Shown in pieces: positions 50,007 to 60,708 of a DNA stretch of 61,956 nt. A model generated the notes under the pieces. That model saw only the letters and a program-made list of their open reading frames with translations, did no database searches and was not told where the DNA came from. Location of the stretch: the NCBI GenBank assembly GCA_017887425.1, contig JAGHHZ010000029.1, positions 1 through 61,956 of the forward strand, given 5' to 3'. Position numbers and translations under genes: made by a program. Every line of letters begins with the position of its first letter. Position 1 is the first letter of the stretch. The stretch comes from Bacilli bacterium (lineage in GTDB: Bacteria > Bacillota_I > Bacilli_A > RF39 > UBA660).

Positions 50007-52296
50007 CTTTAATCACCTTGTAAACTTCTTTAAAACTTTTAACTTTAATAAACTTTATATTGTTTTTAACTTCATCTGGCAACTCTTCTAAATCTTTAGC
50101 ATTATCAAAAGGAATAATAATTGTTTTAATGCCACTTCTTAAAGCACCAATTGATTTTTCTTTTAATCCTCCAATAGCTAAAACATGTCCTCTTAATGTT
50201 ATTTCTCCTGTTAAAGCTAAAGTGTTGGGAATTTTAGTTTTAGTTATCGCACTTAAAATAGCTAAAGTTAAAGCTATTCCCGCACTAGGACCATCTTTTT
50301 TTATTGCCCCCTCTGGAACATGAATATGAATATCATTATTAATCAAATCATCATAATTTATTTTATAATACTGATAGTTAGACTTTAAATAATTTAAAGC
50401 AATCGAAGCACTTTCTTTCATAACTTCGCCTAAACTACCAGTCAAAATTAAATTGCCTTTACCTTTAAAATAATTAACTTCAATTGGTAAAGTGTCGCCA
50501 CCATAAATAGTATAAGCCAATCCATTAACAACACCAACTTGTGATTTTGTTTTAGTATTAAATTTATATTTTTCTTTCCCTAAGTATTTTTCTAATACTT
50601 TATCATTTATATTGATTTTATTAACTTTAATATTATTCATCACAATTTGCGTAACTATTTTTCTAACTAATTTATCTAATTGTCTTTCTAATTCTCTAAC
50701 ACCAGACTCTTTCGTATAATTGCGAATTATTTTTAAAATAGTATCATTATTTATATTAATAAAATCCTCATTCAAACCTTTTTCTTTAATGATTTTAGGT
50801 AATAAATGTTTAGTAGCAATATCTAATTTTTCAAATTCTGTATACCCTGAAATATTAATTATTTCTAATCTATCTCTTAAAGCTTCAGGTATATTTTCAA
50901 TATAATTAGCGGTTAAAATAAATAATACATGTGATAAATCAAAATCTTCTTCAATATAATTATCACTAAAATATTTATTTTGTTCTGGATCTAGTACACC
51001 TAATAAACTACTAACCGGATCATTGTGGTATTCATTACTCATTTTATCAATTTCATCGATTAAAAATAAAGGATTACTACTTTTAGCTTTTTTTAAAGAA
51101 GCGATTATTCTTCCAGGACTAGCTCCAACATAAGTTTTCCGATGACCTAAAATTTCTGATTCGTCTTTTATTCCACTAACAGATATTTTAACAAAATTTC
51201 TTTTCATCGCTTCAGCAATACTAAAAGCTAAACTAGTTTTTCCAACTCCTGGCGGACCAACTAAGCAAATAATTGGACTATTATTACCTTTACTTAATTT
51301 TTTAACTGCCAAATATTCAATTATTCTTTGTTTAACTTCCTCTAATCCGTAATGTGATTTATCCAAAGAAGCGCGAACACTTCTCAAATCATCGTTATCT
51401 TTAGTAAAAACATTCCAAGGTAAGTCAAGTAACCATTCAATATAATCTCTAATTACATTAATTTCGGGTGACATACTAGAACCAGTTTCATAACGACTCA
51501 ACTCAAAATTTAATCTTTCTTTTATTTTTTTAGGACAATCTAGTTTGTCGATTCTTAATTTTAATTTTTCAACATCACTTTCTTTATTAGATGTCTCTCC
51601 TAATTCTTCTTTAAGTAATTTTATCTTTTCTTTTATAAGAAATTCTTTTTGACTATCGTCCATTTCTTTACGAATTTTCATATCGATTTTTCTTTCGATT
51701 TGAAACATCTCTTTTTCTTGATATATATCTTTTAACAACATCTCGCCACGAACATTAGGATTAGTTATATTTAAATATTCTAGCATTCTTTTTCTATTAT
51801 TAATCAAAGTTGGTACTACAATATCTGTAAATTTATCTAGACTTTTTTCCTTTTCAATTAAAGAAATCATACTATTACTAATATATGGTATATTTTTAAC
51901 ATAGCTTTTAATTTCTTTAACTAATTTATTAATAATTATCTCTTCATTATCAACTTTTTCAACTTCTATTTCACTAACGATTGATTCTAAAGGTTCTTTT
52001 ACTTTGTTTAAGTTTAAAAATTCGACGATATTAACTCTTCTTAAACCTTTTATATCAACTCTAGTATTACCATTAGGTAGCACTAAATTATTTTCTATTT
52101 TTGATAAAATACCGATTTTAGGCAAGTTACGACTGTCATATTCACTAACTACTAAAATGTAATTATCGTGAAACAATAAAGACATATCAATAACATTGTT
52201 ATCGGTATTTTTGGAATCAAATTCTAATTTTAAAGTGTTTTGTGGTAATAAAATAATACCTTTTAAAAGGATAACTGGTAAATTATATTTTTTCAA
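49996..52296 (-). CDS. lon: ATP-dependent protease Lon
   Basis: GPPGVGKT, IDEIDK, HIHVPEGAIKKDGPSAG, GGLKEK. Confidence 0.96.
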   Translation of the reverse strand: MKKYNLPVILLKGIILLPQNTLKLEFDSKNTDNNVIDMSLLFHDNYILVVSEYDSRNLPKIGILSKIENNLVLPNGNTRVDIKGLRRVNIVEFLNLNKVKEPLESIVSEIEVEKVDNEEIIINKLVKEIKSYVKNIPYISNSMISLIEKEKSLDKFTDIVVPTLINNRKRMLEYLNITNPNVRGEMLLKDIYQEKEMFQIERKIDMKIRKEMDDSQKEFLIKEKIKLLKEELGETSNKESDVEKLKLRIDKLDCPKKIKERLNFELSRYETGSSMSPEINVIRDYIEWLLDLPWNVFTKDNDDLRSVRASLDKSHYGLEEVKQRIIEYLAVKKLSKGNNSPIICLVGPPGVGKTSLAFSIAEAMKRNFVKISVSGIKDESEILGHRKTYVGASPGRIIASLKKAKSSNPLFLIDEIDKMSNEYHNDPVSSLLGVLDPEQNKYFSDNYIEEDFDLSHVLFILTANYIENIPEALRDRLEIINISGYTEFEKLDIATKHLLPKIIKEKGLNEDFININNDTILKIIRNYTKESGVRELERQLDKLVRKIVTQIVMNNIKVNKININDKVLEKYLGKEKYKFNTKTKSQVGVVNGLAYTIYGGDTLPIEVNYFKGKGNLILTGSLGEVMKESASIALNYLKSNYQYYKINYDDLINNDIHIHVPEGAIKKDGPSAGIALTLAILSAITKTKIPNTLALTGEITLRGHVLAIGGLKEKSIGALRSGIKTIIIPFDNAKDLEELPDEVKNNIKFIKVKSFKEVYKVIKDVR

Positions 52297-52410
52297 GATA
52301 AATCACTTCCTTTTAAACTTGACTACTATTATAGCATAAAAAAGGAGTTATTCATCTACTATTTATTGGTATTTTTAAAGAAAAAGCAAAGTATTACACT
52401 TTGCCCTTAA

Positions 52411-55400
52411 TCATCTATAAATTTTCACTGTATAAAGTTTCGTTTCAGCTCCAAGATTACCAGCTTTATCAACAACCCTAAATTTAACATTAGCTGTTCC
52501 ATTCCATGTCGTTGCAGTCCAACCAGTCCAATTATAAGCTAATTTTCCCCAAGATGAATTGCCTACAATATAATGCTCATAATGATCAAAACCACTTGTA
52601 TCTGTTTTATTATAACTTAGTACTGCATAAACAGATGTATTTGTAGTAGTACCTGGAGTATAACTAGGACCACTTGTACTATTCTTTTTCCACACAACAG
52701 TTGGTGCACTAGGAGCAACAGTATCCACCTTTATTGTATACTTTCCAATTTTATACGAAGGAGTTCCAGCATTGTTGACTCCTCTAAAATAGACTTCTGT
52801 AGTTCCCTCTTTGCTTATAATCATAGTATCCCCAGTAATTTTATTCCAAGTAGTACCATTATAAGAATATTCATAGTGGCTTAATCCACTTGGACCAACA
52901 CCAACTGATAATTTTACATATACCTTTTTATTTGACCAAGTACCTGTCGAATATTTTTCACCTCTTGTGCTATTTTTTCTAAAATCAGCTTCCATTTTTC
53001 CAAGTTGAACCGTATCTACTTTGATATATTCTCTATATGTTTCTCCTACATTTCCCGCATTATCAATTGCTCTAAAATAGTAGCTAGTTATCCAATCATT
53101 TGGTAAAATATGGTATGAATCTATGTTAACAGAGCTAGAAACTTTAGTCCAATTTTTATTATCTCTAGAATATTCATAATAAGCTATTCCACTTGTATCA
53201 TTTTTGTTATAACTTAAGCTAACCTTAACAATTTCATTGCTCCAAGTATTCGCCACATATCTAGTGCCACTTTTAGATTTAGTCATAGTCAAATTAGGAG
53301 CACTAGGTTTTGTTATATCAATTTTAATTATATTTAGATTAGTAGCATCGCTATACATTCCAGCATTATTCATTACTCTAAAATAAATATTAGTTATTCC
53401 TTCTTCACTCACATACATGCTATTTCCAGACATATCATTCCAAGTAGATTTATTATAAGAATATTGATATTTTCTTATTCCACTAGCACTACTCCCAGAA
53501 TTTTTTAATTCTACATATATTCTCTGATTAGACCATGTATCAGAAATATACGTAGCACCTCCACTATTGTTCTTTTTCATAATAACTGTTGGTTTATTAG
53601 GTATTGCTTTATCAACTTTAATTATGTAATCTCTAGTTGCGGCATTCCCAGCTAAATCAATTGTTGTAATAGTGACAGTAGTTCCTTTTGTATTATTTGT
53701 AATGCTTGATATATTACTTGTTGTACTTGCGTGTCCTGATAATGCATCACTTCCATCTTTTACATTTACTGCAACGTTACTTATATACCAATTATTACTT
53801 CCTGCAGTACCAGAGAATGTTGCTGTTCCTGCTGTTGGTACAGTTTTATCTAATTTATATGTATCACTGCATACCTTAGTTGTTTTATTATTGTTATCTG
53901 TTACTTGAACACATGCTCTATTACTTCCTTCAACTGATATTAAGAAGTCTTTGGTTGTCCCAGTAAAACTTGCTATTGGTGTACATTCACTACTACTGTT
54001 GGTTGTACAACTACTTCCACTTGCTATTCCTGTTCCACTATTATCTGTTATCGTTGCTCTTAAATAGAAATCACTCTTTGCCCAACCGTTACTATTGATT
54101 GCACTACTATCTACTAAGTTAAATACTATTGTTGGAGCATTGGCCTCTACTATGATATTTCTTACTACTTCTCTTACATTTCCGGCTTTATCTACTACTT
54201 TATATGTTACTTGTTTTGTTCCAATTGTTGATGTATCAACTGTTGATGGGGTTACTGTTAATTCGCCATCTATTCCTGATAAGCCATCATTATATGTTAC
54301 TCCACTTGTTAAATTAACTACTTCATTTCGATTGACTTTTATATCCCCAATACTATCTATCGTTGGTAATACTTTATCTATTTGATAATTATTACTACAT
54401 ATTCTATTACTTGTATTATTATTATCAATTGCTTCAACACATATCTTATTTGTTGCACTATTTTCTTCTAATACTACTGTTCCACCATTTTCAATTGTTG
54501 TTGTCGGTTCACATTCGCCTGTTCCTTTACAGTATCTTATCTCTTTTATTCCTAATCCACTATTATCTGTCACATCTATTCTTACTGTCACATTTTCTTT
54601 TGACCAATTATTACTATTAAATGGATTACCTTCCACATTAAATACGATTACTGGTGGTTCACTTATTACTTCGATTGTTCTATTCTTTGTTGTTACATTT
54701 CCTGCCATATCACTTACACTATATGTTACATTCTTTGTTCCAGCTGTTGATGTATCGACTGTATTTGGTGTGATCGTATATGTTCCATCTATTCCCGATA
54801 AATTATCATCTACTTTAACTCCACTAGTTAATTCAACACTTTCATCTTTATCGACTGTTATTAATTCTAATCCATCGATGGTTGGAGATGTTTTATCTAA
54901 ATTAAAGTTTTTACATAAGCTAACACTTTCTTCTAATATATTCGTTGAAGATGCACATATATAGCTTGTTCCTTCATTTGTTATAAATTTTGTATTACTT
55001 CCATTTACTACTGCCTCAGTTGGTTCACATTCACTATTAGATATACAATATTTAATCTCTCCTGTACCTACTAGTGTTGCGGCTATATTTTCTTTAGCCC
55101 AGCCATTACTGTTGATTAGTTCCTTATTATAAATAATATCTATTGCTGGCACTTCAATAATACATTCATTATCATATTCAAAGATATATTGTTTATGGTC
55201 TTCATCCCAATAATACCATACACATCCATTCATTTCTGATTCATCAATTGGACTTTTGATATTCAAAGTTAAGAATCCCTCATCTTGCAATTCACTTACA
55301 AACAAAGGTGATCTTTTTGGCGAATAGCCCAAATCATTAGATGTACCATATTCTTTTGCTGCATGTATAATATTGTTAACTGCCCTTCTATATGCAGCCT

Positions 55401-55548
55401 CACGGCTATTTTCTAATAATTTATCGACTATTGGTATAGTTATTAAAGATATTATAGCTAATATAATTAATACGCCCAACAACTCAATTATAGTAAATGC
55501 TTTATCATCCTTTCTTTTATCATTTGTTAATTTACGAGCTTTCTTCAT
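52411..55548 (-). CDS. Giant type IV pilin-like protein with tandem Ig-like domains
   Basis: Class III signal peptide KA|FTIIELLGVLIILAII, a pilin-sized domain, then about 10 repeats of 75-100 aa, most carrying an AGN-like turn and/or an I/V/L-D-K/T-x-x-P boundary. Confidence 0.8.
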   Translation of the reverse strand: MKKARKLTNDKRKDDKAFTIIELLGVLIILAIISLITIPIVDKLLENSREAAYRRAVNNIIHAAKEYGTSNDLGYSPKRSPLFVSELQDEGFLTLNIKSPIDESEMNGCVWYYWDEDHKQYIFEYDNECIIEVPAIDIIYNKELINSNGWAKENIAATLVGTGEIKYCISNSECEPTEAVVNGSNTKFITNEGTSYICASSTNILEESVSLCKNFNLDKTSPTIDGLELITVDKDESVELTSGVKVDDNLSGIDGTYTITPNTVDTSTAGTKNVTYSVSDMAGNVTTKNRTIEVISEPPVIVFNVEGNPFNSNNWSKENVTVRIDVTDNSGLGIKEIRYCKGTGECEPTTTIENGGTVVLEENSATNKICVEAIDNNNTSNRICSNNYQIDKVLPTIDSIGDIKVNRNEVVNLTSGVTYNDGLSGIDGELTVTPSTVDTSTIGTKQVTYKVVDKAGNVREVVRNIIVEANAPTIVFNLVDSSAINSNGWAKSDFYLRATITDNSGTGIASGSSCTTNSSSECTPIASFTGTTKDFLISVEGSNRACVQVTDNNNKTTKVCSDTYKLDKTVPTAGTATFSGTAGSNNWYISNVAVNVKDGSDALSGHASTTSNISSITNNTKGTTVTITTIDLAGNAATRDYIIKVDKAIPNKPTVIMKKNNSGGATYISDTWSNQRIYVELKNSGSSASGIRKYQYSYNKSTWNDMSGNSMYVSEEGITNIYFRVMNNAGMYSDATNLNIIKIDITKPSAPNLTMTKSKSGTRYVANTWSNEIVKVSLSYNKNDTSGIAYYEYSRDNKNWTKVSSSVNIDSYHILPNDWITSYYFRAIDNAGNVGETYREYIKVDTVQLGKMEADFRKNSTRGEKYSTGTWSNKKVYVKLSVGVGPSGLSHYEYSYNGTTWNKITGDTMIISKEGTTEVYFRGVNNAGTPSYKIGKYTIKVDTVAPSAPTVVWKKNSTSGPSYTPGTTTNTSVYAVLSYNKTDTSGFDHYEHYIVGNSSWGKLAYNWTGWTATTWNGTANVKFRVVDKAGNLGAETKLYTVKIYR

Positions 55549-55582
55549 TGTAATACAACTCCTTATTTTTATTTCTACCTCA

Positions 55583-55611
55583 ATTTTATATTAGTTAACA
55601 CTAAAAGTCAA
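55583..55611 (-). promoter_or_regulatory. sigmaA promoter of the pilin-like gene
   Basis: TTGACT-17-TAAAAT followed by an AAGGAG RBS. Confidence 0.6.
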
Positions 55612-56007
55612 TACTTTTTTAACAAAACTAAAGATATAAATTAAAATAATAAGAGTCCACATATTTTATTATCTAAAATATGAGTTTTTTAATTTTAATA
55701 ATACAATTTTTGAAAATTATAATCAAACATTGATTTAAATAATTATTCATTCGTCCCGCTATTTTTCTTATTATTGTTCTCTCACTCTTATAAGATAGTT
55801 CTACAAATCTCTTTTTTTCTTTTGTGATAGCTATTATATCTTATATTTTTATCAATTTTATGTATATATTTTTTTATGCTACAATTTAAAAGTCACGTTA
55901 TTTTACTTACAATACAAGTTTTACCATTTACTTTGTATTATAAGAAATTTAATATGTCTTTATTTTATGATTTCAAACACTTAATTCTTAAACACTAAAA
56001 AAATAAT

Positions 56008-56862
56008 TTACATTCCTTTCTCATCTAATAACTGTTCTAAATTAACTATTTCTAAATCTTTTGAATTAATATATTCGACAATTAAAGGTAATTCTTTTAT
56101 TGTAATATCATTTATTTCTAAAGCAATAATACTGCCATTAATTAAATTTTCTTTTATTTCAATAAGTGGATTATTTCTAACAATAATACTAGGTTTTATC
56201 GTATAACTTTTATTATTTTTACAAACATTAAGTAAATTTGCATTTTCTTTTTCCGTATAACAATAAGTATTATTTTGTTTCCCTATTTTAGTCACAATTG
56301 TATTCATCCAACTAATACCACTAACATCATATTTATAATTATATCCTAAATTGCCTATCAAATATCCATCTTCAACCAATTCAATCACTTTTTCATTGTT
56401 ATTTTCAAACCAATTACCATCAGTATAAAAAGTACTACTTATTTCATATTGCTTTAAAATATTAACAATATCTTCAACATTATCATTTGCTTCAACTAAA
56501 AATAATAAGCTTACCTCTTTTTTTTGTTGGTTGCCACTTACAATATATTTATCGTACACCTCTTTGATGCTAATCTCAGGTTCTATTTCTTTATAAACTA
56601 ATAAATTACTATTAAAACTATTTACTTTTTTCATTTTTTTATAGCTTTTTTTAATATCAATTTCTCTTCCATTAATTCCAGGAATAATACTGTTATTATC
56701 AATAATTGCATTAATAGCTTCTGTTTTATATTGACTAGCAACACTTTCAATTTCTTTTAAAATATCATCATTTTCTTTAATTACTGTGGATATTTTTTCA
56801 GTATAAAAAAAGCTAAAACATATTAAACTAATTAAACCAATCACCTCAAATGTTTTTCGCAC
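56008..56862 (-). CDS. Degenerate polysaccharide deacetylase-like sporulation protein (YlxY-like)
   Basis: IIPGINGREIDIKKSY..GNQQKKEVSLLF..STFY..IGNLGY..GSII. The TFDD and HxxxH motifs are absent. Confidence 0.6.
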   Translation of the reverse strand: MRKTFEVIGLISLICFSFFYTEKISTVIKENDDILKEIESVASQYKTEAINAIIDNNSIIPGINGREIDIKKSYKKMKKVNSFNSNLLVYKEIEPEISIKEVYDKYIVSGNQQKKEVSLLFLVEANDNVEDIVNILKQYEISSTFYTDGNWFENNNEKVIELVEDGYLIGNLGYNYKYDVSGISWMNTIVTKIGKQNNTYCYTEKENANLLNVCKNNKSYTIKPSIIVRNNPLIEIKENLINGSIIALEINDITIKELPLIVEYINSKDLEIVNLEQLLDEKGM

Positions 56863-56951
56863 ATTATCACCTTAATAAACTATATGAAATTATCCTAACT
56901 TTTTCACAATTTTAGGTATATTTCATAGACTAAATTGAAAGGAGTGTTTTT

Positions 56952-57179
56952 ATGTATCCAAATTATCAAAATATGCCAAATAATTACCCAAATAATTTTA
57001 AAAATAATCCTAATATGCCATACCCTAACGATGAAAGATTTATTGGTGGATTTGCTTTTCCATTCTTATTAGGAGGTGTAACTGGAGCAGCACTAGCTCC
57101 TAATTTCTGGCGTCCACCATATAACAGACCACCTTACCCATACCCACCTTATCCATACTATGGACCATATTATCGTTAA
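56952..57179 (+). CDS. Small Pro/Tyr/Asn-rich putative spore coat protein
   Basis: AAAGGAG RBS, DERFIGGFAFPFLLGGVTGAAL core, YPYPPYPYY tail, sigmaK-like promoter upstream. Confidence 0.6.
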   Translation: MYPNYQNMPNNYPNNFKNNPNMPYPNDERFIGGFAFPFLLGGVTGAALAPNFWRPPYNRPPYPYPPYPYYGPYYR

Positions 57180-57180
57180 A

Positions 57181-57207
57181 AAAAACTAGATATTTCTAGT
57201 TTTTTAT
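57181..57207. terminator. Bidirectional terminator
   Basis: AAAAACTAGA-loop-TCTAGTTTTT between convergent genes. Confidence 0.7.
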
Positions 57208-58757
57208 TTAGCCTCTTCTTGAGCTCTTGTTTCTCTAATAACAATAACCTTAATTGTACCTGGATATTGCAATGTTTCTTCGATCTTATTTTTAATGTCA
57301 CGAGCAACTTTATAACTAGCCGCATCATCGATTTTATCTGGTTTAACAATAACTCTTAATTCACGACCAGCTTGCATAGCATAAGATTTCTCAACTCCAG
57401 GAATCTCGTTACCGATTTTCTCTAGTTCTTGCAATCTTTGAACATAGTTTTCTAGTGAATCATTTCTAGCACCAGGACGAGATGCGGATAAAGCATCAGC
57501 TATAGCCACTAAAACAGATATAACACTAGTAGCTTCTTTATCACCGTGATGTGATTCAATAGCATTAATGACAATTTCATTTTCTTTATATTTTTTAGCT
57601 AAACTCGCTCCCAATTCGACATGTGAACCTTCTACTTCATGATCGATTGCTTTCCCAATATCATGAAATAATCCCGCTCTTTTAGCTAAAGCCACATTTT
57701 CTCCTAACTCACCCGCCATAATACCAGCCAAATGAGCAACTTCGATTGAATGTCTTAAAGCATTTTGACCAAAGCTTGTTCTAAAATATAATTTACCTAA
57801 TAATTCTTGTAATTCTGGGTCTACTTTAGTAATACCTAATTCAAACAAAGCTTCTTCACCATATTCTAATAATTTTGCTTTCATCTCTTTAACAGTTTTA
57901 TCATATATTTCTTCAATTCTTCCTGGATGAATACGACCATCTTTAATCAAAGCCTCAATAGCAACACGAGCTATTTCTCTGCGATATGGATCAAAACTTG
58001 ATAAAACAATTGCTTCTGGAGTGTCATCGATAATTAAATCAACACCAGTAACAGCTTCGATCGAACGAATATTTCTTCCTTCACGACCGATTAATCTTCC
58101 TTTCATATCATCATTAGGTAAATTGACTACTGTTACAGTTTGATCACCAGCTACATCACCAGCATACTTCTGCATCGAACTAATAAGTAAACTTTTAGCT
58201 TTTTTATCGACTTCTAATTTCGCTTCGACTTCCCTATCCTTAATATAAGCAGCTATTTCCAAATTCATCATTTCTTCAACTTTTTTCATAACTAGTTCTC
58301 TTGCTTCATTTTTCGAATAGCCAGCTATTTTTTCTAACAAGTCAACTTGTTCTTTTTTTATTTCCTCCACTTTATCTTGTTCTTTTTGAATTTCTCTTTG
58401 CTTATTTACTAAATTATTTTCTCTTTCTTCTAACATTTGCTCACGATTTTGTAAAGTTTGATCTCTTTTATCAATATTACTTTCTCTTAAAAGTAATCTT
58501 TCCTCTGATTCTTTAATTTCATTTTTCTTTTCTTTCATTTCTTTTTCAAAATCTATTTTTAATTTATGAGCTTCTTCTTTGGCGTCCAATAAATAATTTC
58601 TTTTTATTTTATCGGCTTCTTTATTAGCCTTATCAATAATTGATTCTGCTTTCTTACCAGATATATTAGTTTTAATATAATTTAGTATAATCATAATAAT
58701 GATTCCGACAAAAAGTCCCAATATTACAAATAAAATGGAGAGTATAATATCATTCAT
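57204..58757 (-). CDS. rny: Ribonuclease Y
   Basis: TM, coiled coil, KH domain (KGRLIGREGRNI), HD domain (GLFHDIGK), QAGRELRV. Confidence 0.97.
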   Translation of the reverse strand: MNDIILSILFVILGLFVGIIIMIILNYIKTNISGKKAESIIDKANKEADKIKRNYLLDAKEEAHKLKIDFEKEMKEKKNEIKESEERLLLRESNIDKRDQTLQNREQMLEERENNLVNKQREIQKEQDKVEEIKKEQVDLLEKIAGYSKNEARELVMKKVEEMMNLEIAAYIKDREVEAKLEVDKKAKSLLISSMQKYAGDVAGDQTVTVVNLPNDDMKGRLIGREGRNIRSIEAVTGVDLIIDDTPEAIVLSSFDPYRREIARVAIEALIKDGRIHPGRIEEIYDKTVKEMKAKLLEYGEEALFELGITKVDPELQELLGKLYFRTSFGQNALRHSIEVAHLAGIMAGELGENVALAKRAGLFHDIGKAIDHEVEGSHVELGASLAKKYKENEIVINAIESHHGDKEATSVISVLVAIADALSASRPGARNDSLENYVQRLQELEKIGNEIPGVEKSYAMQAGRELRVIVKPDKIDDAASYKVARDIKNKIEETLQYPGTIKVIVIRETRAQEEAK

Positions 58758-58927
58758 ATATTACCTCCACTTTCTATTTATTTAGAGTATTAACTCTATT
58801 ATTATTTTAATATTTATACCAAAATAAGTCAAGCAAAATACTATAATATAGTTTTTATCTAAAATAATCTAGATTTTTATAAAAAAATAAGTTATAATTA
58901 TTTATAGAATAAATGAGGGTGAATAAT

Positions 58928-60673
58928 ATGTTAGGAAAAATAGTTTATATAAGTAATAATATGGCTCATGTTCAAATACCACCTAATGTTAAAGTATCGA
59001 CCAATTTAATGAACATGCATGTTATATTTGAAGATGAAAAGAAAAAAGTTTTAGGTGAAATCGACGATATTGGTCAAGATTTAATTAAGATTAGATTTTT
59101 AGGTGAAATTGTTAACAATCAATTTGTCGGTGGTGTTATAAGAAAGCCAACAATTGAATCAAATATCAGGATGATCAATAGCGAAGAATTAAAAATCATT
59201 ATTGGAACTAACGATAAAAACAGTTTTATGTTAGGTACAAGTGCTTTATATGATAATTATCCAATTATGGTTAATATCAATGAATTATTCTCTAACCATA
59301 TGGCTATTTTTGGTAACAGTGGTTCTGGTAAATCATGTGGTGTTGCACGTCTTTTACAAAATGTTTTTAAAAATCCAAACTTCAAACCATATAAAGCTAA
59401 TATCTTTATTTTTGATGCCTATGGCGAATATCACAATGCATTTTCTAACTTTAATAGTATCGACGCTAACTATCAATTTAAATACTATACAACTAATAAA
59501 CATGATACAATGGGTCAACCTTTACTAATTCCTCTATGGTTATTAGATAATGATGACTTTGCAATATTATTAAATGCTAGTGAACATGCTCAACTACCTA
59601 TCATTGAAAGAACATTAAAACTAGTTAGAATTTTTGCTGCTAATGATGAAATGGCTTTAAAATATAAAAACCATTTAATAGCTAAAGCTATTATGAATAT
59701 TTTATATACTAATCAAAGCGCTAGTAGTAAAAGAAATGATGTTTTTGCAATTTTCAATTCTTGTTCAACTCCTCAATTTAATCCTGAAGCAGTTCTACAA
59801 GGCGTTGGTTATACAAGAAAATTTAGAGAATGTTTCTTAATTAATGACCAAGATAATTTTTCAGAAAGTGTTTTATTATCTGAATATGTTGCAAGTTTTA
59901 TCGATGAAAGTTTAGACCAATACGAAGAAACACAAATCAATTACTTTACTTTAGAAGATTTAGAAAAAGCTTTAAACTTCACTTTAATTTCTGAAGGATT
60001 ATTAAGAAATGAAAAAGCTTATAATAGTGCGATTACATTAAAAGTAAGACTTCACTCAATTATTATTAGTGAATATGCTAGATACTTTAATGTGCCACAA
60101 TTTATGACAGTTGATCAATATATTGCTAGCTTAATTAGTAACAACAGTCGAAAAGCGCAAATAATTAACTTTAACTTAGAAGATGTTGAAGATTGGTTTG
60201 CAAAATTTGTTACAAAAACTTATGTTAAATTATTATTTAATTATACTAAAGGTATGAGTAATCGTGCTACTATTCCTTTTCATATCTTTATTGAAGAAGC
60301 CCATAGATATGTTCAAAAAGATAACGATACATTCTTACTTGGATATAATATATTCGACCGTGTCGCTAAAGAAGGACGTAAATACGGATTAATTCTAGAT
60401 TTAATTTCACAAAGACCGGTTGAGTTATCTGATACAGTTATATCACAAATGTCTAACTTTTTAATCTTTAAAATAACTCACCCATTAGATGTTGAGTATA
60501 TTCAAAAGATGTTACCTAATATTAGTCTTGACATAGTTGAAAAACAAAAAAGCTTACAACCTGGTACTTGTATGGCTTTTGGTAGAGCCTTTAAAATTCC
60601 AATGATTGTTAGAATGCAAATGCCAGATCCAATGCCAGAAAGTAGTAACTGTGATATCGTAAGTACATGGTAA
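58928..60673 (+). CDS. HerA/FtsK-superfamily ATPase (DUF87), stand-alone
   Basis: N-terminal beta-barrel-like region, HMAIFGNSGSGKS, IFIEEAHRY, AKEGRKYG, SQRP. ATG 58928 follows a GAGGGTG RBS. Confidence 0.85.
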   Translation: MLGKIVYISNNMAHVQIPPNVKVSTNLMNMHVIFEDEKKKVLGEIDDIGQDLIKIRFLGEIVNNQFVGGVIRKPTIESNIRMINSEELKIIIGTNDKNSFMLGTSALYDNYPIMVNINELFSNHMAIFGNSGSGKSCGVARLLQNVFKNPNFKPYKANIFIFDAYGEYHNAFSNFNSIDANYQFKYYTTNKHDTMGQPLLIPLWLLDNDDFAILLNASEHAQLPIIERTLKLVRIFAANDEMALKYKNHLIAKAIMNILYTNQSASSKRNDVFAIFNSCSTPQFNPEAVLQGVGYTRKFRECFLINDQDNFSESVLLSEYVASFIDESLDQYEETQINYFTLEDLEKALNFTLISEGLLRNEKAYNSAITLKVRLHSIIISEYARYFNVPQFMTVDQYIASLISNNSRKAQIINFNLEDVEDWFAKFVTKTYVKLLFNYTKGMSNRATIPFHIFIEEAHRYVQKDNDTFLLGYNIFDRVAKEGRKYGLILDLISQRPVELSDTVISQMSNFLIFKITHPLDVEYIQKMLPNISLDIVEKQKSLQPGTCMAFGRAFKIPMIVRMQMPDPMPESSNCDIVSTW

Positions 60674-60708
60674 AAAAAACATTGGCGCAAAACCAATGTT
60701 TTATTTTT
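60674..60708. terminator. Bidirectional terminator between the HerA-like gene and recA
   Basis: AAAACATTGG-loop-CCAATGTTTT. Confidence 0.7.

Noticed and set aside
52411-56007. Diversity-generating retroelement or invertible cassette acting on the pilin-like gene
   Set aside because: No reverse transcriptase or recombinase in the window, and no near-identical template/variable repeat pair or flanking inverted repeats found by eye. The internal repeats are diverged protein modules.
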